The notes beneath the pieces are model-generated. The model saw only the letters and a program-made list of their open reading frames with translations, did not search any database and was not told the DNA's origin. The position numbers and the translations under genes were made by a program. Below, piece by piece: positions 47,999-58,141 of a DNA stretch of 64,000 bases; the first letter of the stretch is position 1, and the number at the start of each line of letters is the position of its first letter. The DNA is from a virus (Duplodnaviria; Caudoviricetes), in the IMG/VR virus record IMGVR_UViG_2645727839_000001, positions 1 through 64,000 of that record; one strand, written 5' to 3'.

Positions 47999-48241
47999 TT
48001 ACATCTCCATATTAAGCCAGCGTATTTCAGCGGCTACGTAATCTGAAAGGACTATCATTTTTCGAATCGGTGACAGGTACATCCACTTAATGTGACTACT
48101 GGAAAAGTAGTTTGCTGCGAAGCCACCATCCTCAGAACCGATAGCTTTTTGAATCTCAGCTAATGCCTCATTAAACTCAACACTATCCGTATCGCCTGCA
48201 ACCTGAGCTGCTTGTTTAATTAGTTCATTTAGATTCTTCAC
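47999..48241 (-). CDS. Hypothetical protein
   Basis: Coupled in operon. Confidence 0.55.
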   Translation of the reverse strand: MKNLNELIKQAAQVAGDTDSVEFNEALAEIQKAIGSEDGGFAANYFSSSHIKWMYLSPIRKMIVLSDYVAAEIRWLNMEM

Positions 48242-48675
48242 ACCTCAACAAAGCCTCGCTCTAACAACTGAGAGATAAGCTTTAGATAAGCGACATGGCT
48301 CGTTTTTGTTGGGTCATCGGCATCTTCAAAGCTCTTTACCGAATCTTTAGGTTCGCCACCGTCTGAAATCTTGGTCATGACAAAGCTATCCTCAGTCATT
48401 ACTCGTTTCATAATGACCAACATCCCCTTTGTGCGAAAGACTCTTCGCATAACGACAGGTTCGCCATTTTGACTAGCGTGTTCAGATATCCAATCTGTAA
48501 CGTCATCATCAATTAGACCGCACGTTACGAGGTTGATAGCTGTTAGAGATTGATAAAAAGCCTCATCTGACATCATCCCCTTATCGTGACTATTCGCCAT
48601 CTCTGACAAACTCTCGAGGGTTTTGCGGTTCAGCTCTTCTTTTATTGTTGGAGGGGTATCTACATCAGTGGTCAT
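48238..48675 (-). CDS. Hypothetical protein
   Basis: 145 aa; leader variant CACGAAGAG. Confidence 0.6.
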   Translation of the reverse strand: MTTDVDTPPTIKEELNRKTLESLSEMANSHDKGMMSDEAFYQSLTAINLVTCGLIDDDVTDWISEHASQNGEPVVMRRVFRTKGMLVIMKRVMTEDSFVMTKISDGGEPKDSVKSFEDADDPTKTSHVAYLKLISQLLERGFVEV

Positions 48676-48741
48676 GTGATTTCTCTTCGTGTTAAGTCAG
48701 TAGTGACTTGTTATTATATGAGTATAAAGATGGCGGAGCAA

Positions 48742-49380
48742 TTAGTGAGATTGCTTGCCGTCTCTAATTGATTCAGCTTTGCGAAAGCTTTTAAGGATAG
48801 TTCGCATCAAACCATCCATTCTCTCTTCAAAGCCGATAGTCTTTTTGTCTAGCGTATAGCAGGAAAGTTTGGTTGATGGGTCAACGAACAAACCACGAAT
48901 AAGCAGTTCATGTTTGTTCATGTACAAGGGATTCATGACACCTTTGTAATCTTCGTAGACAACAGGTATGCCTTGAGGCACCAAAACCAAGCTAGAGAAA
49001 CGCTTGTTGGCTTCTTTAATGCAAGCCTCTACGTATTGCATCATGCGTTCACTTTGCATTTGGGTCGTTTTGTTGGGGATGTAATCCATCATTGCGTAAG
49101 CCGCCATATCAATAGGCGTTCTGTCAGTGACAAAAGCCTTATGTTGTGACCACACATCAATAGCGCCATCTAAAATCGCCCACTGAATGTTGAGCCGCTC
49201 ATCGAATGAGAGTTTCGCATTAGGTTTTAAACCTGCTTCTTTGAAGATGTTCGATGTACTGGTTTGAGCAAAGGGGAGTTCAGTTCGAAGAGACAGCTCT
49301 TTAGCCAGAGATGTTTTGCCAGTTCTATGAGTCCCGGCTAGTCCAATTGCGAAGTTTGAAAGGTCGTAATTTTTAGTCAT
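48742..49380 (-). CDS. P-loop nucleotide kinase-like protein
   Basis: GTHRTGKT, DRTPID. Confidence 0.72.
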   Translation of the reverse strand: MTKNYDLSNFAIGLAGTHRTGKTSLAKELSLRTELPFAQTSTSNIFKEAGLKPNAKLSFDERLNIQWAILDGAIDVWSQHKAFVTDRTPIDMAAYAMMDYIPNKTTQMQSERMMQYVEACIKEANKRFSSLVLVPQGIPVVYEDYKGVMNPLYMNKHELLIRGLFVDPSTKLSCYTLDKKTIGFEERMDGLMRTILKSFRKAESIRDGKQSH

Positions 49381-49468
49381 TTTATTTTAGTCATTGCATA
49401 GTGAGTTGCTATTTTATCGACTCGCAATCGGCATTGACACAAGGCTTACACAAGGAAAAACAACCCCT

Positions 49469-50179
49469 ATGACTACAGCACAAAGCGTTATCAGAGATAG
49501 ACGTTCGGCAAGAGTGTTCGTGAAAAACCACGACTACGATCCAAACATCATCAGTGAATGCCTCAAGCTTGCTCACCTTGCCCCCAATAGTTCTAACTTA
49601 CAGTTATGGGAGTTTCACCGTGTCACGACAGAAAACAAAAAGGCACTAATGAAACTCGCTTGCCTAAACCAATCGGCTGCAGCGACTTCCAGTGAACTGA
49701 TTGTCTTTGTAGGAACGCCTCAAAGGTGGAAAGCCAGTGTTGAACACCACGCTAGTCGAATTGCAGCCTTGCCAGGTTATTTGGAGAATGATGATTTAGC
49801 CTACGCACACCGATACTTCACTAAGACTGTCCCTTTTAACTATCGCAATGACAGGTTTGGCTTAATGGGGCTAGTTCGTAAGCTTATGAACTTCACGACC
49901 GGATTGTTTAAGCCCATTCCAAGAGAGGTCTTCCGTTCTGATATTCGCGCCACCATTCACAAGAACAACGCTCTAGCCATCATGACCTTTTGTTTAGCCA
50001 TGAAAGAACAAGGTCTTGATACCTGCATAATGGAGGGATTCGATTCAGTTCGTGTAAAGAAAATATTAGGTTTGGATAGCGAAAGCATAATCACCGCAGT
50101 TGTCGCATGTGGCAAAGCTGCGCCAGAGGGGATTTACGGTAATCGCGTAAGATTCCCCTGCCCTATCTTCAAGCATTAA
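49469..50179 (+). CDS. Nitroreductase family protein
   Basis: RRSAR.F, APNSSNLQLWEF, GLDTCIMEGFD. Confidence 0.88.
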   Translation: MTTAQSVIRDRRSARVFVKNHDYDPNIISECLKLAHLAPNSSNLQLWEFHRVTTENKKALMKLACLNQSAAATSSELIVFVGTPQRWKASVEHHASRIAALPGYLENDDLAYAHRYFTKTVPFNYRNDRFGLMGLVRKLMNFTTGLFKPIPREVFRSDIRATIHKNNALAIMTFCLAMKEQGLDTCIMEGFDSVRVKKILGLDSESIITAVVACGKAAPEGIYGNRVRFPCPIFKH

Positions 50180-50228
50180 AAAAGGGGCTGTTAACCCCTA
50201 GCTGAAAAGACAAAGAAAAGAGGGGGCA

Positions 50229-50486
50229 CTACTCCCCTTTGGACTCGTTACTGTCCTGTTCTGCGGTTAGAGCTGCGTTTTGTTCACGTAGCTCTTGAAT
50301 CTGTTGGCCTTGGTCTTCGATGTACAAAGCCATTTCTGCCTTTTCGTGGCGATGACCGTTAATCTCGGCTTCAAGAATTTGATTCTTCTTAGCTAGTAGT
50401 GGTAGCTGACGCAATTGATCAACAATCTGTTGGCTTAGTTGAGTTTGCGGTTGTTCTTGTGTTGCTTCTGTAGTTTGTTCTGTCAT
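50229..50486 (-). CDS. Coiled-coil hypothetical protein
   Basis: 85 aa, AGGA RBS. Confidence 0.55.
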   Translation of the reverse strand: MTEQTTEATQEQPQTQLSQQIVDQLRQLPLLAKKNQILEAEINGHRHEKAEMALYIEDQGQQIQELREQNAALTAEQDSNESKGE

Positions 50487-50529
50487 TGGACTATCCTGTA
50501 ACGAGTAAAGTTAAGTAAGTGGTGACTTA

Positions 50530-51009
50530 TCACCATGAGCCAAAATTATCATATTTTTTTGGCTGAGTCTCGAACTCTGCCACTTCTTCTAGATCTTGTT
50601 CGATATCTACCTCATCCACGTAAATATCTGAATAGGTATGCCCCTTAATTCTAGGGCTATCATGTTTATGTTTATCAAAGCTGATAGACATACCACCACC
50701 ACGGGACATCGACTCATAAATAGGAAACTCTTCGATAGGCTCTGGACACCTACCTCTTAGCTTGCATTCAGCCGTAGCCATCACCGTAGCTCTATCAGGT
50801 TCTATTGCGTAATCTTTGAAATGCCTACTAGTGATACTCACGTAAGGGCAATTGGTGCACTCTGTTCCTAAATCCCTTTTCAGATTCGCGATAGCCTTTT
50901 CTTCGCACACCTTGGGCATTGATAACTTCGAAGAAAAGGCCGCTTCCATGCGGCCAGAGCTATAAGAAATGGAACACTTGAGCGTTTCACCTTCTTTTAG
51001 CGATTTCAT
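50530..51009 (-). CDS. Hypothetical protein ending FGSW
   Basis: 159 aa ORF in operon. Confidence 0.6.
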   Translation of the reverse strand: MKSLKEGETLKCSISYSSGRMEAAFSSKLSMPKVCEEKAIANLKRDLGTECTNCPYVSITSRHFKDYAIEPDRATVMATAECKLRGRCPEPIEEFPIYESMSRGGGMSISFDKHKHDSPRIKGHTYSDIYVDEVDIEQDLEEVAEFETQPKKYDNFGSW

Positions 51010-51011
51010 TA

Positions 51012-51575
51012 CTATCTAGTCATCCTTAAAATAGCCAGTACCGATTGAAAATCTTCCGTCTTAAGTCCGGCATAGATAGCAGCAAGAGCATCAGCCAAGT
51101 GCTCATTCGTATTGGTGATTTGCAATTCGCCTTTCACTTTACGAGTAAGCCATTTCAGCTCTGGTTGGTCTGCAACAGCCCAAACGATTTGCTCTTCTTT
51201 GCTTGCTGTCTTATGACCTGCACCTGCAAGTTTCACTTCGTCAGGGGATACCTGAATCATTGGTATCTGCATAGAAGCCAGTAAGCCGATACAAATACCG
51301 TAACTTGCCATTGCTCGAGCTGATTGAGAACCAACAGGGACTTCAACGAACGCCACAGCAGCACCATCTATCTGAGAACGAATAGCGTCAGCCAAATCTC
51401 TAGCTCGAGAAAGGTCATCACTGTTCTTACGAACAGTTTTTTTGTTCTTGCCTGTCGCGGTTTTTTGCAGATAAAGCGATTGGCCTGTTACCTTCTTGGT
51501 ATCAGCGTCCACTTCTGCTTTCACAAAACCCCAGTTACTAAGAGATGGGTCCATACCTATGACGGAGATTTTCAT
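51012..51575 (-). CDS. RuvC-like Holliday junction resolvase
   Basis: IGMDPSLSNWG, FVE, EVK..G..TASK, EHLADA. Confidence 0.78.
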   Translation of the reverse strand: MKISVIGMDPSLSNWGFVKAEVDADTKKVTGQSLYLQKTATGKNKKTVRKNSDDLSRARDLADAIRSQIDGAAVAFVEVPVGSQSARAMASYGICIGLLASMQIPMIQVSPDEVKLAGAGHKTASKEEQIVWAVADQPELKWLTRKVKGELQITNTNEHLADALAAIYAGLKTEDFQSVLAILRMTR

Positions 51576-51781
51576 TCTTCTTCCTCTGTCACCTTATCTA
51601 AGGCATCAAGGTATTCTTGAGTGTCATCACCGGATACCAGAATCACAGCGGCAAGAGCCTTATCACCCTCGCCTCGAAATGAAAGAGTCATAGAACCTGC
51701 GTTTAACTCTGCCATCTCGTCTGCTACTTCCTTGATGGTCATGTTGCACATCTCATTGGCGTCAATAAATCTCTTAAGCAT
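51572..51781 (-). CDS. Hypothetical protein
   Basis: Coupled in operon. Confidence 0.55.
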   Translation of the reverse strand: MLKRFIDANEMCNMTIKEVADEMAELNAGSMTLSFRGEGDKALAAVILVSGDDTQEYLDALDKVTEEEE

Positions 51782-52230
51782 TACCAGCTCCCAAATTTTT
51801 CATTAGATATGTAAGGTGTGTCGTCGGCAGGTACGTCATACATATCTGCATTAGTTACTTCACGGTCAGTTGCTTCGCCTACATCACGCATAAGCTTTGC
51901 AAAGTCACCTGATGCTAATCGGTCACCAAGTAGCGTCATTTTTGCCTCAATGAACTCGACATCATTCATGGAAGCCGGCACTGGCATTTCGTTGTAGTCA
52001 GGTTTCAGAACGACAATGAGTTCGTCGGTCTTTTTAGAGCGGTAAGCATCGTAAACAAACAGAGGAACGGAGTTGTCCACCAGCTTGTTTCGATATTGTC
52101 CGTCATAACGTTTAACGATTATCTTGAGTGGCATAGATAGGCGCACTCGAAGACGATCTTCATCTGGAACTTCTTTGATGTACTGCCTAATCAATCCGTA
52201 GGCTTTTAAATCATGACCAGGAGTCGCCAT
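51781..52230 (-). CDS. Hypothetical protein ending FGSW
   Basis: ORF in operon. Confidence 0.6.
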   Translation of the reverse strand: MATPGHDLKAYGLIRQYIKEVPDEDRLRVRLSMPLKIIVKRYDGQYRNKLVDNSVPLFVYDAYRSKKTDELIVVLKPDYNEMPVPASMNDVEFIEAKMTLLGDRLASGDFAKLMRDVGEATDREVTNADMYDVPADDTPYISNEKFGSW

Positions 52231-52771
52231 CTTCCATCCCCACTTGAGCAATTTCTTCTAACTCGGCATCTGCTTCACGCAAACCAGCCGCTTGCTTAAG
52301 AATGGTCATCAGCGACTCACTCTTTGATACCACCTGATCCATTGGGATATTGAAGTGCAGTCCCTCTGGACCCTCGCCTAGACATAGTTGGAATATCAAG
52401 CCGTCTTTAGGGTTGCGAACGAATTCTAATAGGTGGAATTCGGTGCCACGTTCGATTTCAACTTTCTTAGGTTCTTCGGTGCTATTCACATAGCCGTCCC
52501 ATTCAACGTCTTCATCGATAAAGACAGGTAGTGAGTCTTTGTTGCGATCAACAATCTCATCTACGGCAATAGCTAGGTCTTCTAGAGTCTCGTAGCGGTA
52601 CTTAATGAGGCGACGATACAGTTCTTGAAGCTTATCGAGACGGTGGTGGTCTAGATCAATAAGCTGACTTGTTAGGTCTACGGGTAGCTCTACAAATTCC
52701 TTTACGAAAGCAGAGTTTTTGGTTTCTTCGATGCTCTGTTTGATAACGGACATCATCATATTGTTACTCAT
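52211..52771 (-). CDS. Hypothetical protein
   Basis: 186 aa, AGGA RBS. Confidence 0.62.
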   Translation of the reverse strand: MSNNMMMSVIKQSIEETKNSAFVKEFVELPVDLTSQLIDLDHHRLDKLQELYRRLIKYRYETLEDLAIAVDEIVDRNKDSLPVFIDEDVEWDGYVNSTEEPKKVEIERGTEFHLLEFVRNPKDGLIFQLCLGEGPEGLHFNIPMDQVVSKSESLMTILKQAAGLREADAELEEIAQVGMEDGDSWS

Positions 52772-52845
52772 ATTTATCCTATTTCCATAACCTAGAGTAA
52801 GTCACTAGTGACTTACTCTATCACTTAAGAAGAGGCAGTGAAACA

Positions 52846-54786
52846 TCAGGACAATGCATGTCCCTCAATTCGTGATAACCCACCCTCTTTAACAATGGTC
52901 ACACTGTTTGAAATCCAAGACTTCAAATCGGTGTGAGAGATGACAATTGCTGTACCTCGCTCTTTAGCCTTTTCAGTCAAGATAGACATCAAACGCTCAA
53001 GACCAGATTTGTCGATAGCCTGATCGATTTCATCTGCGATTAACAGTTCAATTGGTTTTGATGCTCGACTCGATACCAAGTCTTGCAGTGCCAGATAAGT
53101 CGCTAAACGTACCTTACGCTTTTCACCACCTGACAGTGACTTGAATGACTTACCGCCAGTCAGTGATTCTACCGCAATTGAGAACTTCTCTTTCAAAGAG
53201 CCTTTTGAATCTTTAGCCAGAGTTGTCCATACAGCAGTAATGTTGCCGTCCGACATAATAGACAGGTAGTGAGAAGTTCGATCATTTAGATATGGGGTTA
53301 CTTGATCAAGTAGATGAGCGCGAACACCTGCCGGACTAAACACTTTCGCTGTGCCTTCTGCCACTAACAAGTCATATTCAGCCTCTTCAACTTTTTTCAC
53401 GGCTTCTAACCGTTCTGCAGCCAGCTCATCTTTCTGTTTCTCAAACTTGGCCACCATACTCGTATGAGGATTTTTCATCGCCTTTGTATCTTTCAACAGT
53501 CCGGCGCGAGTCTTTAGTTTGTCTTTGAGTTTCGTTGCTTCTGTACTAGCAATGGTTAGCTCATTCTTGCGCTCTGATAGCTTGCTGAGAGCGTTTTTAT
53601 ATTTCGTTGTGTCGAAACTAGAGCTATCAATTCCCTCTAGCTCAGAACGCAATTCACGCACGATTTTAGCTTGAGCCGCAATGATACGTTTTTGCTCAAT
53701 CATTTTATCAGTGGCTTCTTTGACTTTGCGAGAGTGAGCCTTGATGTGGTTCTTGCGAGCATCAGGATCATCGATATCTTGTCCACACTCATCACAAGAC
53801 GGTGACTCTGCGCTACTAACCTCTGTAAGCTTAGCGTTTGCCGATTTCAATTCAGCTTCTAGGGTATCTAAAAGACCTTTTTCTCTTCGCAGTGAGCTGG
53901 TGGAGCTTTTGAGTTCACCGTCTTTAACTCGGTGGTCGGCTGCTTTTTCGTTTGTAAGCTCAATAGCCTTCTCGAGCTTCGCAATCTTGCCATCAATCTC
54001 TTTGATTTCTGCTGATACATCCTTATCCTCCGCACTCGATAGCTTTTTCTTCAAAGCTATCACCTCAGTAGTGAGAGTTTTCAGGGATTCGGCTTGCTCA
54101 ACTTCCCATTTTTCAACTTGAGCCTTAACTGATTCAATATTTGAATCAACCATTGTAGTTTTCGAGTCGATACCGCTAACAACGCCATTGGCCTCCGACA
54201 CCACGCCTTTAGCTTTGGACGCCTTTTTGGTTGCAATTGTGTAGCCTCGTTGAAGACGATCAATGCCTGCGGCCTCTTCAACGATCACTTTAAGTGCTTT
54301 GTCGGTCATAGCTGGCAAATCTACTAAGTTCTCCTGACCTGCATAGATAGCAGCGCAGAATACATCCTTAGAACAACCGACCAACTTAGATACAGCCTCT
54401 TGAGTGAGCTTATCTGTGCCTAGAGTTTTATCAACCCATGCCCCCTCTTCGCTCTTTTCGAGCATAAGACGGTTCTTATTCTCTTTGTGTTTACGGTGAC
54501 GAGAGATACGCCATTGGATATCTGCATCTTCAATTAAGATAGATACGCGACATCCTTTACCTGCGGTTTTATTCACTACGTCGTCACCGGACTCACCTCG
54601 AGCCGTGATGCCATAAATCGCCCACGATAGACTATCTGCTATCGTAGACTTACCTGCGCCATTACTATCTTGAGATGTATCATCTCGGTTCTCACCTTGA
54701 AGAAGAACAAGACCACGCTCGTTCAACTTCAACTCTGCTTCCCCTATGGCGAGAAAGTTATTAATTTGGGCTTCTAGTATTTTCAT
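52846..54786 (-). CDS. SbcC/Rad50-like SMC ATPase
   Basis: NGAGKS, CDEC zinc hook, LSGGE, LLIADE, ISH. Confidence 0.9.
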   Translation of the reverse strand: MKILEAQINNFLAIGEAELKLNERGLVLLQGENRDDTSQDSNGAGKSTIADSLSWAIYGITARGESGDDVVNKTAGKGCRVSILIEDADIQWRISRHRKHKENKNRLMLEKSEEGAWVDKTLGTDKLTQEAVSKLVGCSKDVFCAAIYAGQENLVDLPAMTDKALKVIVEEAAGIDRLQRGYTIATKKASKAKGVVSEANGVVSGIDSKTTMVDSNIESVKAQVEKWEVEQAESLKTLTTEVIALKKKLSSAEDKDVSAEIKEIDGKIAKLEKAIELTNEKAADHRVKDGELKSSTSSLRREKGLLDTLEAELKSANAKLTEVSSAESPSCDECGQDIDDPDARKNHIKAHSRKVKEATDKMIEQKRIIAAQAKIVRELRSELEGIDSSSFDTTKYKNALSKLSERKNELTIASTEATKLKDKLKTRAGLLKDTKAMKNPHTSMVAKFEKQKDELAAERLEAVKKVEEAEYDLLVAEGTAKVFSPAGVRAHLLDQVTPYLNDRTSHYLSIMSDGNITAVWTTLAKDSKGSLKEKFSIAVESLTGGKSFKSLSGGEKRKVRLATYLALQDLVSSRASKPIELLIADEIDQAIDKSGLERLMSILTEKAKERGTAIVISHTDLKSWISNSVTIVKEGGLSRIEGHALS

Positions 54787-55133
54787 TGTTTCTCTTCGGA
54801 ATTAGGTATGTGGTAGATAAACTCTTGCAACTCGGGGTGTTCAAACAGTTCAGTAGGCGATTCAAAGCCTGCCCAAGCTACGTCTCTTGGTTTGCCATCG
54901 GTTAGGTCTAGCAGTCTGTTGTTATCTATATATCCGATACCAATCTCTTGACCTAACGTGTAAGCCCCATGCTCTACCATCAATAAATGATCAATTGCGT
55001 GATAACTGCTCCAACCCTCTTCGCTATCAACACCTTGAATTAGATAAATAGCACCGGATTCATGCGCTTCTTTTGCACTCTTGTAGTGCTCGGATCGGTA
55101 AGTGAAAATCTCAGTCATTGTTTGGATCTCCAC
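54783..55133 (-). CDS. Hypothetical protein
   Basis: Between the sbcD-like and sbcC-like genes. Confidence 0.55.
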   Translation of the reverse strand: MEIQTMTEIFTYRSEHYKSAKEAHESGAIYLIQGVDSEEGWSSYHAIDHLLMVEHGAYTLGQEIGIGYIDNNRLLDLTDGKPRDVAWAGFESPTELFEHPELQEFIYHIPNSEEKQ

Positions 55134-55461
55134 AGCTCATGTAGGCTTCAATCTTCTTAACTGCCGCCTCTGGATTTATTCCTTCGAAATCTAATCCGTC
55201 TGGTGCAACGATACGAACATCGCCAAACCCGATATCACATTCGATAGCGAGAGTTACGCCATTCGACTTACACTTAGCTGTCATGCGAGGTGATATAACG
55301 ATGCAGTTCTCACGGTAACTAAACAGCTTGCAATATAAGGGGTGGTCTCTTTCTAGTTGACGAAACGAACCATTCGATAACGTCTCAAACTCCCAACTTT
55401 TTCGACCTAATAACTTTCTAACGCGACCTAAATTCGCTCTCATTTCGGTTAGAGTAGACAT
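55111..55461 (-). CDS. Hypothetical protein
   Basis: Coupled to the sbcD-like stop. Confidence 0.55.
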   Translation of the reverse strand: MSTLTEMRANLGRVRKLLGRKSWEFETLSNGSFRQLERDHPLYCKLFSYRENCIVISPRMTAKCKSNGVTLAIECDIGFGDVRIVAPDGLDFEGINPEAAVKKIEAYMSCGDPNND

Positions 55462-56540
55462 TAAGCTTCTTCCTCAACCTCTCGTAAAATTGACTCGCAA
55501 GATATCTCCACATCTTCCTGCTTCACGTCGAGCTTTTGCTTTGAAAGCCATTCCGAGATGCTTTTGTTGATCGACTCACCTGCTTCAATCGTTGCCCCAC
55601 CCTCACGTTCGGCTACTTTGCCTTTGGGTTGAGCCTGAATGAGAACACCTTCTGCTTTGCACTCGTCTACCAACCAAGAACGCATCTTCTCAATCTGACT
55701 TTGAGTTGCAGTGCCAAGACGAACACGGACGTAATGACCCTCGCAGAAATCTTTCGCCTCTTCTTCTGTCGTAATCACCGCAGAATCGTAATCACGAAAC
55801 TCTGGCGCAGTACTTCGAATATGGATAATTTCATCGAGATCGTTAATCATCAGATAACCGGCAACCGAATCGATATCACCCCACGTTTGATGCGTTGTAG
55901 CACCTACAGAACAAACCGTTTCTGTTAGTTCCTTATGGTTGTGATAGTGACCTGAGAACACACGATTAAAGCCAAACTTATCTAATGCTTCTGCTGTGAT
56001 ACCGTGAGATGGCAAACCCTCGATAACTCCATCTACCGGAGCATGAATCATCAACGTGTAGTTGGCAGTTTGTTCACCTAGATCTTCTGCTACTCGACCA
56101 ATCTCATCTAAGTAGTCCTTTGCCTTGTTGTGCCAGGGAATCATCACCACCTGATCGTCAGGGAAGAACTGAGTTTCTGAAACAACCGTTACGCCTTTGA
56201 TAGTACGTAGAGACTCAATACCATTACTGATTGCACTTGAATCATTGGTTTCTAAATCGTGGTTGCCAGCTAGGAAGCGAATTTCAACTCCCATATCGCT
56301 GATTTCGGTAAACGCATCAATCGTTGGATATAGAACTGATGGTGCAATAGAGCCTCGAACGTGAAACAAATCGCCAGCGTGATACAAACGAGTGCCACCG
56401 TTTTCTTTCACAGACGTAGCCGCAGCCTTTAGTTCGCGTAGGATTTCAATCAATCGACTGTTTAAGCCACCTACGTCTTTAGAGAAAGCTCCCCAATTGT
56501 GCAGATGACTATCTGAGGCGATGCCGTACTTTATTTTCAT
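55461..56540 (-). CDS. SbcD/Mre11-like metallophosphoesterase nuclease
   Basis: SDSH, GDLFH, GNHD, GHYH. Confidence 0.9.
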   Translation of the reverse strand: MKIKYGIASDSHLHNWGAFSKDVGGLNSRLIEILRELKAAATSVKENGGTRLYHAGDLFHVRGSIAPSVLYPTIDAFTEISDMGVEIRFLAGNHDLETNDSSAISNGIESLRTIKGVTVVSETQFFPDDQVVMIPWHNKAKDYLDEIGRVAEDLGEQTANYTLMIHAPVDGVIEGLPSHGITAEALDKFGFNRVFSGHYHNHKELTETVCSVGATTHQTWGDIDSVAGYLMINDLDEIIHIRSTAPEFRDYDSAVITTEEEAKDFCEGHYVRVRLGTATQSQIEKMRSWLVDECKAEGVLIQAQPKGKVAEREGGATIEAGESINKSISEWLSKQKLDVKQEDVEISCESILREVEEEA

Positions 56541-56608
56541 TTTGACCTCTTTGTGATTCTCTTACATAAGTAAGCAGTGACTTAATAATATACTTAGGAA
56601 TAAGGTGT

Positions 56609-57382
56609 TTAAAGAGCAATTGGAAATGAGGGCTGCTGTGGCGTCATGTTTTGCCAATGTTGCTGCTGCTGACTCACAATTTGGTGAAGTAAGGATGTTC
56701 TTTCTTCCAAAGAAAGCGGTTTTCTGTCTTTGTGCTCGGCAAAAACAATCGTCTCGTACTCTTCTAGTGTCAGAGCGTCACCGTGTATGATACATAGACG
56801 ACCAAGTGACAGTTGATGAATGACGAGATTACAAAGAATTTGTGCCCCACACATACGCGCACAGAGACGATCTTTATCTACACCGTGTATCGATACGTAA
56901 TGAAGTAAGTCAGGTTTATTTAACCAAACCTCTCGAATGGCAGACATAAGCATTGCACCTGCACCGCAGCAAGGTTCACCTATGCCAAAGTCTTCGTTCT
57001 TAGTGGCTCTTTCTTCTAGTTGATCCCAACAATCATGCATTGTCATTTGGCACATGAGTTGAGTAACGCTATCCGGTGTGAAGAATTGACCTAGAGCCTT
57101 TTTATGACCTCGAGAGGCGAGCTCCATATAAATGGGACCCAAGATGTCAGCAAATGGGTAAGCTTGAACGGCAGAGCCATAAGTCTTAGTAGCCTCAAAC
57201 AGAACTTCACGTTCTTTTTCAGATAGTGGCGCAGGATGTTTCTGACCGAACTCGCAAAAGAGATCGTCTACTAACATCTCCATTGGGTTACGTGTTGAAG
57301 TGGTGTAAAGCTTCTCGAGTAAAGAGGTGATTTTGGATACGTATGTTTCTTTACTTGAGTATAGAATTTTTGCCTCTGACAT
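56609..57382 (-). CDS. N6-methyltransferase-like protein (truncated HsdM-type)
   Basis: LGQFFTP, EPCCGAGAML, GDAL; no NPPY/F. Confidence 0.72.
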   Translation of the reverse strand: MSEAKILYSSKETYVSKITSLLEKLYTTSTRNPMEMLVDDLFCEFGQKHPAPLSEKEREVLFEATKTYGSAVQAYPFADILGPIYMELASRGHKKALGQFFTPDSVTQLMCQMTMHDCWDQLEERATKNEDFGIGEPCCGAGAMLMSAIREVWLNKPDLLHYVSIHGVDKDRLCARMCGAQILCNLVIHQLSLGRLCIIHGDALTLEEYETIVFAEHKDRKPLSLEERTSLLHQIVSQQQQHWQNMTPQQPSFPIAL

Positions 57383-57602
57383 AATCGTTTGCTCTCTAAC
57401 TAAACTAACGTTATTTTAAAAGTCAGAGCTAGGCGATTAAATCTAGGCAGAAAGAAAAGCCATCCTTAGCTGTAGGGTTCCTTTCTCGTTATTTTGCTTG
57501 ATCTTGCGGACAAAGTGCTAAAACCAAACAGGCCCAATTGTACTGTTTGTGGTCAATTGTCCATTAGAAATTTAGCTCTTGTGTGACCCAGCAAGGCTAA
57601 CT

Positions 57603-58115
57603 CTATGATTCAATGCATCTACGTAGGTTAATGACAGAGAGAATGTCGTTAGACCTTACGAACATACCGCCGTAACACCTAACTAGGATGTCATATAACT
57701 CTTGAGGCGTAGAATCTTTGCCAATCAGCATATGATTGTGGGAGCTATGCTTGTTTAGCATCTCAGTCATATCGCCACTTTCAGAGCTTTCAACAATGGC
57801 ATGGCCAATTACCTCCATCTCTTTAGACAACAAAGCAACTTTCTGACCCTCGTATACTCTTTTCGACCATGCAGCGCCTAAACGAACGGTGTTAAACCTA
57901 TCATCTAGCCCCAAATAAGGCGGTCTGAATAGAATTGGTAATACGTAGTTATCGCAAGCGTAGATTCTCGCTTGAGTACCATACTTTCTAATTGCTCTCT
58001 GAATGGACTGTCTAGCCTTGCAGTTAGACTCGACCACGCACATCTCGCACAATTCTCTGGTTTTCGCACTAAAGGTTGTACCCTCTAGCTTTAACGATCT
58101 TAAGTTTAAGTCCAT
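57603..58115 (-). CDS. Hypothetical protein
   Basis: 170 aa; Cys cluster, FNTVRLG. Confidence 0.55.
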   Translation of the reverse strand: MDLNLRSLKLEGTTFSAKTRELCEMCVVESNCKARQSIQRAIRKYGTQARIYACDNYVLPILFRPPYLGLDDRFNTVRLGAAWSKRVYEGQKVALLSKEMEVIGHAIVESSESGDMTEMLNKHSSHNHMLIGKDSTPQELYDILVRCYGGMFVRSNDILSVINLRRCIES

Positions 58116-58141
58116 ACCAAAAAGGGGCTTACGCCCCTCTC

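Noticed and set aside
54481-54489. Extra CTCTTTGTG match
   Set aside because: Inside the SbcC-like coding sequence (HKE codons), no start codon context
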